The notes under the pieces: model-generated
What the model saw: the letters and a program-made list of their open reading frames with translations, nothing else
What the model was told of the DNA's origin: nothing
The model's database searches: none
Program-made: the position numbers and the translations under genes
Virus record (IMG/VR): IMGVR_UViG_3300044620_001883
Span: 128,001 to 192,000 of that record
Reading direction: 5' to 3' (one strand)
DNA from: a virus
Lineage: Duplodnaviria > Caudoviricetes
Length of the DNA stretch: 64,000 nt
Part shown: piece by piece, positions 45,218 to 54,973 of the stretch
Layout: each line of letters opens with the position of its first letter
Position numbering within the stretch: position 1 is the stretch's first letter

Positions 45218-45826
45218 ATGCCTACCCATTATGGTATTCAGAAGCGCTCCAAGCCGAGACTCCGTTTCGTCAAGGGCTTCGACGGCCAGAACTCGCTGAA
45301 ACTGCAGGAAAATCTCTTCATCTACAATGATGCGGCGATTATGTCCGGCATGATCGTCAGCAAGTTCTGGAACACCGCGACGTCCCGATACGAATGGAAG
45401 ATCGGTCTTGTTGCCGGCGCGACCCCGTACATTGCCGACCAGGACTACGATGACAGCGATGTCATCGCCGCAGGTGGCATCCTCACTGCTTATCCTCTCA
45501 GCAGCGAGATCGAAGTCCAAACTCCGTACGTGGTGGATGCCGATGGCTCCGCTTTTGGTGCTGATGCTGCTGACCTTCTGGATGATGCGGCCCTGGCCTG
45601 CATCGCCGCTGGTTCGACCGGCGCAGGCAGCCTCTGCCTCGCTGAAGCACTCGACACTGCGCTCTCTGCACGTGTTCAGATCGTTGGTTACGCCTCCGGG
45701 GGTCATCACACTGGTCTCATCGACGTTGCCGCTGAAAACACCAACGTCACCCGCGACGCTGATGGCAAAGTGCTGGTTCTCCAGCTCACTGCCAACTTCT
45801 CCAAGGGCAACCTGACTGCGGCATAA
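45218..45826 (+). CDS. capsid decoration/cement-like protein
   Basis: Beta-rich 202-aa protein immediately upstream of the MCP gene. Confidence 0.55.
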   Translation: MPTHYGIQKRSKPRLRFVKGFDGQNSLKLQENLFIYNDAAIMSGMIVSKFWNTATSRYEWKIGLVAGATPYIADQDYDDSDVIAAGGILTAYPLSSEIEVQTPYVVDADGSAFGADAADLLDDAALACIAAGSTGAGSLCLAEALDTALSARVQIVGYASGGHHTGLIDVAAENTNVTRDADGKVLVLQLTANFSKGNLTAA

Positions 45827-45856
45827 CCCCAACCTCCCACACAGAGACCTGTTCCT

Positions 45857-46831
45857 ATGAGACCTCTAGTTATGCACACCCCAGGTGAGTGGACCGACGC
45901 TGATAACGCCGGACTGCTCCAATCCCTCACCGAAGCCCCCGATGGACCAGTCAAGCTGGCCTCCACAGGTGCTACGGACTACACCCGTGTGATTCTCCGT
46001 GAATCCTCGGTCCTCCCAGCCATCCAGGCTCCACAGACCATCACGATCGACCGCCTCAAACGCCGCACCTCCAGTGCCGGTGGTGATGTGCCTGAAATCG
46101 GCTTGGTTGAATGCGAGCGTGAACCCGGCTCCCCCGGCTCCCGCACTGTCCCGTTCTCTGCTGGTCCTGTCCAGCAGACCTACCGCGGGGAAGTGTACTA
46201 CATTCGTATCAGCACGGACGAAACTCCGGAGCTGTACAAGAACGTCGACCAGCTCGGCCTTTACCAGATGGACCTCCGTCAGGTGATCACCGACAACCTC
46301 CTCAAAGACCTCGACAACCTCGTGGACTTCCGGTACTTCCAGACCGTGAAGGACATCACCGGTTCCGATGTCGACGCTGACGGTGCCGGCGGTTATCGCC
46401 AGTATCGTGAAGTCGTGGGCGGCATCACCCGCAACACCTACCGCGAGACGCTTCGTCCGCTGCAGGATGCAACCCTCAACAACGGCGTGTTCGTCATGGG
46501 TCGTCAGACCGCAAACGACTTCCTCGGTTGGGATCGCAACGCCATCGGTGGTGACCTCGCTGAACGCCTCATGCAAGAAGGCCTGAATGCTCTGGACCGT
46601 TTCCAGATCTTCGGCGTCGCGCACGTGGCATCCATCAAGAAGACGCTGTTCCCGAAAGGTCACGTCTTCCACTTCGCTCCCCCGAACTTCCTGGGTCGTT
46701 ACTACGAATACCAGGCACCTACGGTGTACGTGAAGAAGGAACGCGACATCATCTATGTCTACGCCAAACGCAAGTATGGCTACGGCATCGGCAATGAAGC
46801 GGCAGTGGCCCGCACGGTGTTCCAGGACTAA
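45857..46831 (+). CDS. major capsid protein (HK97 fold)
   Basis: 324 aa, strongly biased codon usage, follows protease-scaffold-decoration genes and precedes a strong terminator; PVKLAS near the N-terminus. Confidence 0.8.
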   Translation: MRPLVMHTPGEWTDADNAGLLQSLTEAPDGPVKLASTGATDYTRVILRESSVLPAIQAPQTITIDRLKRRTSSAGGDVPEIGLVECEREPGSPGSRTVPFSAGPVQQTYRGEVYYIRISTDETPELYKNVDQLGLYQMDLRQVITDNLLKDLDNLVDFRYFQTVKDITGSDVDADGAGGYRQYREVVGGITRNTYRETLRPLQDATLNNGVFVMGRQTANDFLGWDRNAIGGDLAERLMQEGLNALDRFQIFGVAHVASIKKTLFPKGHVFHFAPPNFLGRYYEYQAPTVYVKKERDIIYVYAKRKYGYGIGNEAAVARTVFQD

Positions 46832-46854
46832 CCCTCCTCTCGGTAATACTTCCC

Positions 46855-46890
46855 AAAGCGCAGGTTCTTCGGAGCCTGCGCTTTTTGTTT
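46855..46890 (+). terminator. rho-independent terminator with C(UUCG)G loop
   Basis: AAAGCGCAGGTTC-TTCG-GAGCCTGCGCTTT-TTGTTT. Confidence 0.92.
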
Positions 46891-46917
46891 GGCGGGATGC
46901 TGCACATGAGGCACATT
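46889..46917 (+). promoter_or_regulatory. sigma70-like promoter (leaderless)
   Basis: TTGGCG-N17-CACATT, ATG 46923 5 nt downstream. Confidence 0.5.
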
Positions 46918-46922
46918 CAAGC

Positions 46923-47222
46923 ATGTCCGACAAACTCGACCCCTACTCCGAAGGTTTCTTGCGTACCTGCTACGACAACGGCGTCCCTGAAGAGCTGGCC
47001 TGCAGGATGCTCATCAAGGCGGCCTCCATGAACGCCAGACAACCCGGCAATCTCCCGATCGGGGATGTGGGGCGCCTGGCTCTCTTTGGTGCGGGGCAGC
47101 ATGTGGTCAGCTTGGTGAAATCTGCGGCGGACACTCAAACCGGAAATGTACGTGCAGCACCAACACTGACGCCTTCGATCCTGCCTCTTCAGCAAGGTCC
47201 TTCACCCTCCCCACGCTTGTGA
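46923..47222 (+). CDS. small KxA-motif protein
   Basis: YSEGFLRTCYDNGV...LIKAAS; LVKSAA. Confidence 0.55.
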   Translation: MSDKLDPYSEGFLRTCYDNGVPEELACRMLIKAASMNARQPGNLPIGDVGRLALFGAGQHVVSLVKSAADTQTGNVRAAPTLTPSILPLQQGPSPSPRL

Positions 47223-47647
47223 GCTCCCCCTACGTCACCATCGAGATGTTACGGGAACACCTGGGTGACCGGGCCGTGGATCTGTCGTCCAAGCGTGAAG
47301 GGGACCTGACCTGGGGCGACGACGAGATCAAGCAGGCGATGGAGGCCGCGGCGCGCAGCTTCAACTCACTCCCGCCTTTCGTCGGCAAAGCCCACTGGTC
47401 GCAACTCAGCGCTGACTCTGACATCTTCCTCGACGCCGCCGCGGCCACCGCGATGGAGCGCCGCGCACGCAAGCTGATGCAGGAGCGCACCAATTTCCAA
47501 GCCGGCGGGATCGCGACAGATCCTGACGGTGCCATCATCGACGGGTTGCTGGCGCTCGCCAAAGGCCTGCGTGACAAGTTCAACCGGGAAGCCACTGCCT
47601 TTAAGGCCAACCTGAACTGGCGGGGCGCCTTCGGGCGTGTGGGATAA
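47219..47647 (+). CDS. head-tail adaptor/neck protein
   Basis: Helical 142-aa protein (LREHLGD...DDEIKQAMEAA) positioned after the MCP gene. Confidence 0.55.
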   Translation: MSSPYVTIEMLREHLGDRAVDLSSKREGDLTWGDDEIKQAMEAAARSFNSLPPFVGKAHWSQLSADSDIFLDAAAATAMERRARKLMQERTNFQAGGIATDPDGAIIDGLLALAKGLRDKFNREATAFKANLNWRGAFGRVG

Positions 47648-47656
47648 ACGAACATC

Positions 47657-48493
47657 GTGAACAACGCACTCCCATTCGTAAGCGTCTCAGTACAGCCTTC
47701 CTATCAGCATGGTAGTTGTGTTGTAGCCTGGAAACGTTCTTTGGAGTTTGAGCAGCATGGGGTTCTCGTTTACCGCTCTCTGGATGGGATCAGCAACTGG
47801 CAGCTGCTCAACCAGCACGACGAGCCGCTGGTGCTGCAGGAGCAGTTCCTCGATGAGACACTGCCCGTGAACACCAAGCTGGATCGCGTACATTACCGGC
47901 TGGTGCTTGAGGACATGACCACAGGCGCGCTGACCACAGGAGAGACCCTGGCCTTTTTTGAGCGCATGAGCCTGCAAGACTACCGAACAGCCCGCAGGTT
48001 CATGGTGGCGGAACTGCAACGGCTGCGCACCGGGGCTGGTGTTCCTGCTTTCTTGGTCATGCCCCGCCGCCAGGGTGTTGGGGCAGGGGTCGACGCCGTG
48101 ACATCACAGGTTATTGATAGCTGCACCTACAACGCATCCGGCGGAGATGCGGCAGGTTTCGGCACACCGCTGCAGACATGGGTGCAACTGCTTGGCAGCA
48201 CTCAAGTACAGCAGAGCGCCCAGGATGGCACTGGCACGATTGAACTGGTGGAGACGCCCGCCAGACTACCCGGATTCCCTCAGCCAATTCGCGGAACGCT
48301 GGTGGTCCTACCCTTGACGGACGACCGGTATGTTGTCGGTGACACCGTTACCCCATACGCGTTCCGTGGTCTGGTGCCCATCGCCTATCAGGTCACCCTG
48401 GCACGCTTGGGTCGACAGGATCCCCGGTACCGCGTGCGCATTCCCCGACTGGATGCACGTCTCGCCCAACCCGCGTACACCCGCAGCTCATGA
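47657..48493 (+). CDS. neck/head closure protein
   Basis: Position between adaptor and sheath genes; beta-rich. Confidence 0.45.
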   Translation: MNNALPFVSVSVQPSYQHGSCVVAWKRSLEFEQHGVLVYRSLDGISNWQLLNQHDEPLVLQEQFLDETLPVNTKLDRVHYRLVLEDMTTGALTTGETLAFFERMSLQDYRTARRFMVAELQRLRTGAGVPAFLVMPRRQGVGAGVDAVTSQVIDSCTYNASGGDAAGFGTPLQTWVQLLGSTQVQQSAQDGTGTIELVETPARLPGFPQPIRGTLVVLPLTDDRYVVGDTVTPYAFRGLVPIAYQVTLARLGRQDPRYRVRIPRLDARLAQPAYTRSS

Positions 48494-49188
48494 GCGCCCT
48501 TCCACTCCAATCCAGGACGAAACCTACAGTACAAGAACTGGCAACTGCCGCAGCGGCGCAACGCGCTGCTGACGCGGCTGAATGCTCCTACTCCAACCGT
48601 CCGTTTTACTTCGCGCGCTTTCGCTCCGCCTTGCTGCGGTTGACCAAGGAGTACTTTGCCACCCCGGGCAACCTGCCTGTGGAGGAGGATATACCGACCA
48701 TGCCATGTTTGGCGGGAGACGCTGTTGACCCCACCAAAACAGGCATCCATGTCCGGAGCACTTTCGACGTGGATCCACCAAGTACAGAGGAGACATGCAT
48801 TTTCATCCGCATGCCGGAACTCAAATTTGAAAAGCTGTTTCTGGGTGACTACGGCGGCAGTTCCGCCAACCTGTCCAGCACCTACCGGGAGAAATCGTTC
48901 AAAGGCACGCTCGTGTTTTTGGCCGACAATCCAGTACATGATGTAGCCGTGACACTCCTGGAAGGTTTGCTGGTGTACCTGGAAGGAACCAAGCACAACT
49001 GGATGACGACGCTCGGTCTGACATCCTTCGATGTTGTCTCTCTTGGAGAGGGTGTCGAGACGCGCAAAGCCCCGCAGCGCATGTTGCGCGCGACACTGAC
49101 CGTCGAGTTTACAGGCCGTCAAAACATCGACGCTTACCAGGAAGCGCTGCCGCTCAAACGCATCGTGCTCACAACAAACCCGGCGTGA
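48490..49188 (+). CDS. tail completion/terminator protein
   Basis: Position immediately before the sheath gene. Confidence 0.45.
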   Translation: MSALPLQSRTKPTVQELATAAAAQRAADAAECSYSNRPFYFARFRSALLRLTKEYFATPGNLPVEEDIPTMPCLAGDAVDPTKTGIHVRSTFDVDPPSTEETCIFIRMPELKFEKLFLGDYGGSSANLSSTYREKSFKGTLVFLADNPVHDVAVTLLEGLLVYLEGTKHNWMTTLGLTSFDVVSLGEGVETRKAPQRMLRATLTVEFTGRQNIDAYQEALPLKRIVLTTNPA

Positions 49189-49205
49189 AAATAGTGCGAG
49201 CGAGG

Positions 49206-49235
49206 TTGACGCATCCCCTGCCTGCCCGCTAAATT
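49206..49235 (+). promoter_or_regulatory. sigma70-like promoter of the sheath-tube operon
   Basis: TTGACG-N18-TAAATT. Confidence 0.55.
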
Positions 49236-49259
49236 ACAACATCTCGCATCCCCTCAAGT

Positions 49260-52091
49260 ATGATCACCAACTATTCCCAACACCGCCCTGGTATCTCGAT
49301 CAAGCAGCAGCTTGCCGCGGACACGACGAGCTCCGCGCCCGACATGGCCGCTTGCATCATCGGTCCCAAATGCCTACTCAATCGGTACGGGCGTGAGACT
49401 ATTCCGGGTGTCGAGTTCAACGCAGCTGGTCAGGCTTTGACCTTTCAGCGTCTCGTGGATGAAATCGCCACGACACTGGACTTGGATCTCTTCACGGTGG
49501 ACCAGGACACGCTCAAACTTTACGGTGTGGGTCTTGAGGCTTCGCTGGCCACCTACACGGCAGCCGGCACACCAAGCTTCAAACTGGCTGATCTGTCCGA
49601 ACCCAATGTGATCGCTCTGGTCGGCGGCGCGACCGTCAAGGGCGCCGGACTGGAAACCTCCTTCCGCGGACGCCCCGTGCAAATCGGTGATGTGGTGTAC
49701 TGCGAAGGCATTGACGGTGGCACGGTATTCCGTCGCACCGTCACCGGCTTCCGTGGTGTTGTGGCAGCCGGTTCCTTCGGTGCCAACCTCGACGGGGATG
49801 ACTCGCTTGTGGGCAACGTGGCGGCAAACCCTGTCACCACCGTCGCGGACGCCTCGGTGTCCTCGGCACCGGCCACTTGGGCCATCAGCTGTGCCGCGCC
49901 GGAAGATTTCAACGGACTCGCACGCGGGGCCAAGAACCTGACGAAGTACGGTGAAGAGTTTGTGATCACCGTGCACACTGCTGGCGATCCGGCTACTGCC
50001 ACTGTCAACATCGCGTCCACCTCTGGTCTCTACAACGCCACCAACGTCGCAACCGTGAACGCTGCTGGTAACTTCAGCATCACAGACGCGAATGCCGGTG
50101 GTGAGCTCGGCGGTGTGGACCTGGTCATCACACCCCCGGCTCCCGGTACAGACCTCACGGTGGGTATGTCCTTCCGCATCACTGTGTTGGGTAACTACTC
50201 ACGCCTCGGTGCCACGCAGGTTATCGCGGCTGGCACCTACACGGGTGTCAAGGACACTGTGTACATGATCCGGGTCACCCAGCCCAACACAGACTTCGAC
50301 ACCGATTTTGACGGTGCCAAGGTGACCATCACGGACACCGCCGGCATCGACACTCCGCAGGAGAACGTCACGATCACAGACGGCACTGCGCGTGACCTGG
50401 GCAACTTTGGTCTGACCATTGAATTCGACGGCGCCATGCCGGACCACGGCGGGCTCCGCGTCGGTGACGTGTATTTCGTCCGCGCCGTCGCCGGTGCCGT
50501 GAGCACAACCAATTTTGACCGTGTGGTGCTCAGCGGTCCCGCCGTTGACACGCTCGTCTTCGATGACGTGGACGTGGAATTTTTCAGCGTCGAATTCCGT
50601 GCGCCCTTCACTGGTGAAATCGCCACTGACGCGCACTCGGGTGGGCTGGCTTGGACCGGCTCAGCCAGCGCGCTGACCGTTGAGGCCAACCTGGATTACT
50701 ATGTCGCTGACCGTGACAACGGTTATGAGTGGCGCCCATTCGTCACTGGCGTGGGCGAGCTGCAGTCTTCCTACCGCGCCTTCTATGCTGTCGACGACAC
50801 CAACGGCATGGTGGAAATCGCCGCAGCCTCCGACCTTGTGGCGGCTGCCGGAGTTGTCGATCTCGACAACCCGCTTGGCTACGCGGCCCAGCAGGCCCTG
50901 CTCGGAGCGGACGGCAAGGCCATCTGGGTTTTGAATACCGGTGGCACAACCCTGGCCGCGTTCGAGACAGCGCTCGCCACGATTGAGAACACACGCATCC
51001 CTTACGACCTGTGCATCTTGTCGACTTCGCAGTCTGTCGGGCTGGCTGCACTCGTGCACGCTGTTGCGGCCTCGGCCGAAGAAAACCTCAGCTTCCGTCG
51101 TGTGCGAATCGGCCTCGACTCCCCGGGTGAGTACGTGGTCCTTGAGGCACAGGCTGACACGACCAACTTCACCTGCACGGTCTCCCCACACGGTGGAGGC
51201 AACAAGCTCGTGACCATCAGCGCGGGTGCAGACGAAGCGCTTCTGACTACACGCGGACTCACCGCCGGTGACCTGCTCAAACTGACAGCCACGACGGAAT
51301 CGTACGCGATTGCTGAAGTGCTGTCTGACACTGAACTCCTGCTGTCCACCGGCCCCGCTTCTGAAGTCGATCCGGCTGTGGCTTGTCAGATCTGGAAGGC
51401 CGACACGGTGGCGAACCAAAAGGCCTGGCTCATCGCGCAGGCTGCCGCCTATGCCGAACGCCGTGCCTCTTTGGTGTGGGTGGAACGCGGTGTGAACCTG
51501 GTCAACGGTGCGACCACCGTCATCCCCACCATGTTCGGCGCCGCTTACCTGTCCGGACTCCGCAGCAACCTCAAGCCGCAGATCGGCATGACCCGTCAGA
51601 CGGTGGCCACCTTCACGGCGGCCTCCCGCATGTACAGTCGCTACAGCCGTGCTGACCTGGACGATATTGCTGCCGCCGGGATTCAGATCCTCGAGCAAAC
51701 CCACGCGTCTGCTCCGGTGCGTGTGCGCCATCAGGCCACCACGGACACCAGCAACGGTATCCTGAACTACGAGGAGAGCACAACCGTCCGGTTCGACTAC
51801 CTGAGCTTCCTGATCAACAACACGCTGGACTCGTCCATCGGCCGCGTGAACACCACGGAGCAGGCCGTCGAGGAAACGCGCGCAGCCTTGCTGGGTGTGC
51901 TCAACGCCGCACGGCTTGTACCTGTCGGCGCCAACTACGGCCCGCTCCTGGACGACTTTACGAATCTGGTGGTGCAGCGCAGCACCAGCTTCCTGGATCG
52001 CATTGAAGCGTCCGTGGATGTTGAATTCGGACCACCTACCAACCGGCAGGCCATCACGATCACTGCTTACGGGCAGCTGCCTGCGGCATAA
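49260..52091 (+). CDS. tail sheath protein (943 aa, with large inserted beta domains)
   Basis: N-terminal RPGISIKQQ; C-terminal LDDIAAAGIQILEQ..VRHQATTD..EESTTVRFDY; followed by the tube gene. Confidence 0.85.
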   Translation: MITNYSQHRPGISIKQQLAADTTSSAPDMAACIIGPKCLLNRYGRETIPGVEFNAAGQALTFQRLVDEIATTLDLDLFTVDQDTLKLYGVGLEASLATYTAAGTPSFKLADLSEPNVIALVGGATVKGAGLETSFRGRPVQIGDVVYCEGIDGGTVFRRTVTGFRGVVAAGSFGANLDGDDSLVGNVAANPVTTVADASVSSAPATWAISCAAPEDFNGLARGAKNLTKYGEEFVITVHTAGDPATATVNIASTSGLYNATNVATVNAAGNFSITDANAGGELGGVDLVITPPAPGTDLTVGMSFRITVLGNYSRLGATQVIAAGTYTGVKDTVYMIRVTQPNTDFDTDFDGAKVTITDTAGIDTPQENVTITDGTARDLGNFGLTIEFDGAMPDHGGLRVGDVYFVRAVAGAVSTTNFDRVVLSGPAVDTLVFDDVDVEFFSVEFRAPFTGEIATDAHSGGLAWTGSASALTVEANLDYYVADRDNGYEWRPFVTGVGELQSSYRAFYAVDDTNGMVEIAAASDLVAAAGVVDLDNPLGYAAQQALLGADGKAIWVLNTGGTTLAAFETALATIENTRIPYDLCILSTSQSVGLAALVHAVAASAEENLSFRRVRIGLDSPGEYVVLEAQADTTNFTCTVSPHGGGNKLVTISAGADEALLTTRGLTAGDLLKLTATTESYAIAEVLSDTELLLSTGPASEVDPAVACQIWKADTVANQKAWLIAQAAAYAERRASLVWVERGVNLVNGATTVIPTMFGAAYLSGLRSNLKPQIGMTRQTVATFTAASRMYSRYSRADLDDIAAAGIQILEQTHASAPVRVRHQATTDTSNGILNYEESTTVRFDYLSFLINNTLDSSIGRVNTTEQAVEETRAALLGVLNAARLVPVGANYGPLLDDFTNLVVQRSTSFLDRIEASVDVEFGPPTNRQAITITAYGQLPAA

Positions 52092-52123
52092 CCCTCTCGC
52101 AAACCCTCCTCTCCTCTACCCCT

Positions 52124-52564
52124 ATGGAAGTCTTCGGCGCATCCAGAACAGTCAATCCAATCGGCCAGATCCGCGGCTCTGAGTACGCGAAGGTGTACAT
52201 GGGCAGCATCGTGGCTCTTGCTCAGTCCTTCCAAGCTCAATATGGGCGGCAGTCCAAGCCGATCATGAGCATCGGAGACCCCAACATCTACTTCGTTCCC
52301 GGTCAAGCACAGGGCGTTGTGTCCCTGGGCCGTCTTCTCGGTGCTGATGGTATGCTGGGACTCCTCAATGCGGGGATCGCCAACTGCGGCACCATCCAGA
52401 ACTTGCAGCTGACTGTCGGCGGCGGGCGCTGCTTGGTTGCACCATCCCAGACTCTGAACTTCGGTGGTGGTATCCTCGAATCCGTCTCGGTCGGCTTGAA
52501 CTCGGGCAGCCCGGAAATCATGGAAAACTACTCCATGAAGATTTCGAGCATGGAGAAGGTCTGA
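52124..52564 (+). CDS. tail tube protein
   Basis: 146 aa directly after the sheath gene; QAQYGRQSKPIMSIG pattern. Confidence 0.7.
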   Translation: MEVFGASRTVNPIGQIRGSEYAKVYMGSIVALAQSFQAQYGRQSKPIMSIGDPNIYFVPGQAQGVVSLGRLLGADGMLGLLNAGIANCGTIQNLQLTVGGGRCLVAPSQTLNFGGGILESVSVGLNSGSPEIMENYSMKISSMEKV

Positions 52565-52570
52565 CCGGGC

Positions 52571-52599
52571 TTGCCTATTTGAGGGGACGGCTGCATGCT
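52571..52599 (+). promoter_or_regulatory. sigma70-like promoter (leaderless)
   Basis: TTGCCT-N17-CATGCT, ATG 5 nt downstream. Confidence 0.5.
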
Positions 52600-52604
52600 G
52601 AAGC

Positions 52605-54956
52605 ATGCCCCCCTTCGACTTGCCCACCACTCTCATAGACACTGGCTTCGTTGTTCAAGCGTTTCCGGATCAAGAAACGTACACGGTGCAGTCCACCACA
52701 ACCACGCAGTACCTGCAAGGTTGTGCGTCCATTGTTGGTGGGTTGTTTGCGCCCTTCTTCGGCTTCAAGTCGCACATGCGCCTGCCTGTTGGCACCAAGG
52801 TGCTGCTTCTCAACACTTCTCCCGCGCTGATCTTGTCGTGTATCCCAACGGAACCCGCGAACGAGAAGTCAGGCAACCTTCATCGTACCACAACAGGCAC
52901 GGCGGACATTGAGGATCTGGGTTCCGACGAGAACAGCGCCGACAACATCCATCACAGTGTGCCCAAGGATCTCCTTGAAGGGGAGTTCAGTATCAGCAAC
53001 GCCCTGCAGGTGGGTATCCGGTTCCTGACCCACCTGGTGAAAATGCAGGCGGGGGAGCGTGCCAAGGTCGAGTGCTTCCTCCTCGATGATCTGGTGCGCA
53101 TTGTCAGCGGCTCCTTCAAGCATATGTCCGCATTCGGGGATCACGAGATCATCAACGACGGTGGACGGTTGAATGTGCGCTACACAGGCACCTCCTACGA
53201 GCACGAGGCGGCCGGCGTTTTGAAGCCCAAGGACCCCCGCACACCGTCCGGCGCATCCGGTGTGCTTCCCAACGAGCCACTGGCAGAGACCGGCAGATGG
53301 CGCTTCAGCCAGTTCATCGGGTACATGGGTGACTTCATTCACATGTTCGTCACAGATCCCGGCACGGCTCTCGGTGAGCTGGCACAATCCCGGGCGGGCA
53401 AATTTCACGCGCATGTAAACCAGGATGGCAGCCTCGTGGTGCAGAGTCTGGCTGACATCGTCTTCGAACGCGTCACACGCATTGTCGTCCCTGAAGAGCA
53501 ACACAGACCCGCAGATCCTGAAGGGGACAAGCTCGATGGTTTCTCGGTGTCTGACACCAAGTTCCTGGACACCTGGCAGGTCAACCCGCAAAAGCCCTGG
53601 GAGCTGGCATACCACATCCGCGACTACGCGCGCTGGCTCAATAGCTACCATGCCTACGCCCGGTTTGCCCAGATGAACAAGGACTGGAAGATACCCACGG
53701 AGGCAGGCTCACCGCAACCCAGCTACGGCTGCGGGGAGGACGACAAAGACGCGGCAATTCCAGACCGCCAGCGCACGCCGCGCATCACGTACTCCTGCAT
53801 CCGCATCTTCCGGGATGGGTCGCAACTTCTGCTGGACGGGTACGGGGGTTGTATTCTGCAGGCTGGAGGCAGCACAGTCATCTCCGCCCCCATCGACGTG
53901 CGGATCGAGGCGGGACGCAATGTGAGCATCATCGCGGGACGCAACGTCTTCATGAAAGCCCACCGCAACGTCGAGCTGGTTGCAGTGACGGGTGCGCTCC
54001 TAGCCAAGGCACGCACGCGCCTGTCTCTCTTCTGTGAGCAGGGTATCGTTCTGCTCAAGACACTCATGAAAGCCGGACCTCCGCCTGACGGCAGACCCAA
54101 GGCCGAGCGCTTCGCGCAGGACCGCATGGGGATCGTGATTGAGGCGCCGCACGCCAACGTGATGCTGGCGAGCGGTAACATGCTGACCCTGGAAGGCAAC
54201 GGCAATGACATCCAGAAGGACAAGCTCGAGTGTGGTGTGCGCGTTCAATCAGGCAAAGCATCCATCGAGTTGTGCACAGGCCAGGAGGGGGCGGTGCGGG
54301 TCCGGGCCAAAGCCTTCTCGACGCAGGTATCGACGCTGGTGCTCAGCTGCACCAAAGCGATAAGCATGCTGGCACCCTTCATTGACTTTGGTCGGTTGTT
54401 GTACAAAACCGGAGGCGGGTTGGTCTGCGGCACGCTGACAGCCCGAAAGCTGCTTGGCGAGAGTATCGTCAACGGCACGCAAATCAAACGCGGACGCAGC
54501 CCGCACGTCAACCACGTGGCGCATGCGAGCGTCAAAGCGACTCCACCTGACATCCCGGAAGAAATCACAGAGGAGCTCAAGAACAAGGCAGCACCTGCTG
54601 TTTCAGACGGACTTGCCAAAACCATCAGAACACGTGGGGAGTACTTGTCCCCTGAAGAGTATCCGATAGAACCGTCACCACAATCCCCAGCCCAACAGCT
54701 GGCCACGGACGGTGGCATACACCCGGCGGCGGTGTCGTTTGAAGCCTGGCCTTTTGACCAGGACGGAGAACAGGGAGATCCCAACGCGGCGTTCAAGCTC
54801 CCGTATCCCGGGCCCCGTGGGAAGATGGCGGCCTACATGAGCGACAGCATTCTACATCAACCTTCGGCCAAGGAGGTTCAGGAATTCAAGCCGACCGCCA
54901 AAGCGGCCGAGTCAGTACCTGTCGTGTTCCAACGCTGGACACCACCCGCTTCCTGA
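52605..54956 (+). CDS. baseplate central spike (gp5/VgrG-like)
   Basis: N-terminal OB-fold-like LPVGTKVLLL; beta-helix-like IEAGRNVSIIAGRNVFMKAHRNVELVA. Confidence 0.55.
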   Translation: MPPFDLPTTLIDTGFVVQAFPDQETYTVQSTTTTQYLQGCASIVGGLFAPFFGFKSHMRLPVGTKVLLLNTSPALILSCIPTEPANEKSGNLHRTTTGTADIEDLGSDENSADNIHHSVPKDLLEGEFSISNALQVGIRFLTHLVKMQAGERAKVECFLLDDLVRIVSGSFKHMSAFGDHEIINDGGRLNVRYTGTSYEHEAAGVLKPKDPRTPSGASGVLPNEPLAETGRWRFSQFIGYMGDFIHMFVTDPGTALGELAQSRAGKFHAHVNQDGSLVVQSLADIVFERVTRIVVPEEQHRPADPEGDKLDGFSVSDTKFLDTWQVNPQKPWELAYHIRDYARWLNSYHAYARFAQMNKDWKIPTEAGSPQPSYGCGEDDKDAAIPDRQRTPRITYSCIRIFRDGSQLLLDGYGGCILQAGGSTVISAPIDVRIEAGRNVSIIAGRNVFMKAHRNVELVAVTGALLAKARTRLSLFCEQGIVLLKTLMKAGPPPDGRPKAERFAQDRMGIVIEAPHANVMLASGNMLTLEGNGNDIQKDKLECGVRVQSGKASIELCTGQEGAVRVRAKAFSTQVSTLVLSCTKAISMLAPFIDFGRLLYKTGGGLVCGTLTARKLLGESIVNGTQIKRGRSPHVNHVAHASVKATPPDIPEEITEELKNKAAPAVSDGLAKTIRTRGEYLSPEEYPIEPSPQSPAQQLATDGGIHPAAVSFEAWPFDQDGEQGDPNAAFKLPYPGPRGKMAAYMSDSILHQPSAKEVQEFKPTAKAAESVPVVFQRWTPPAS

Positions 54957-54973
54957 GTACTCTCCCCGACCAT

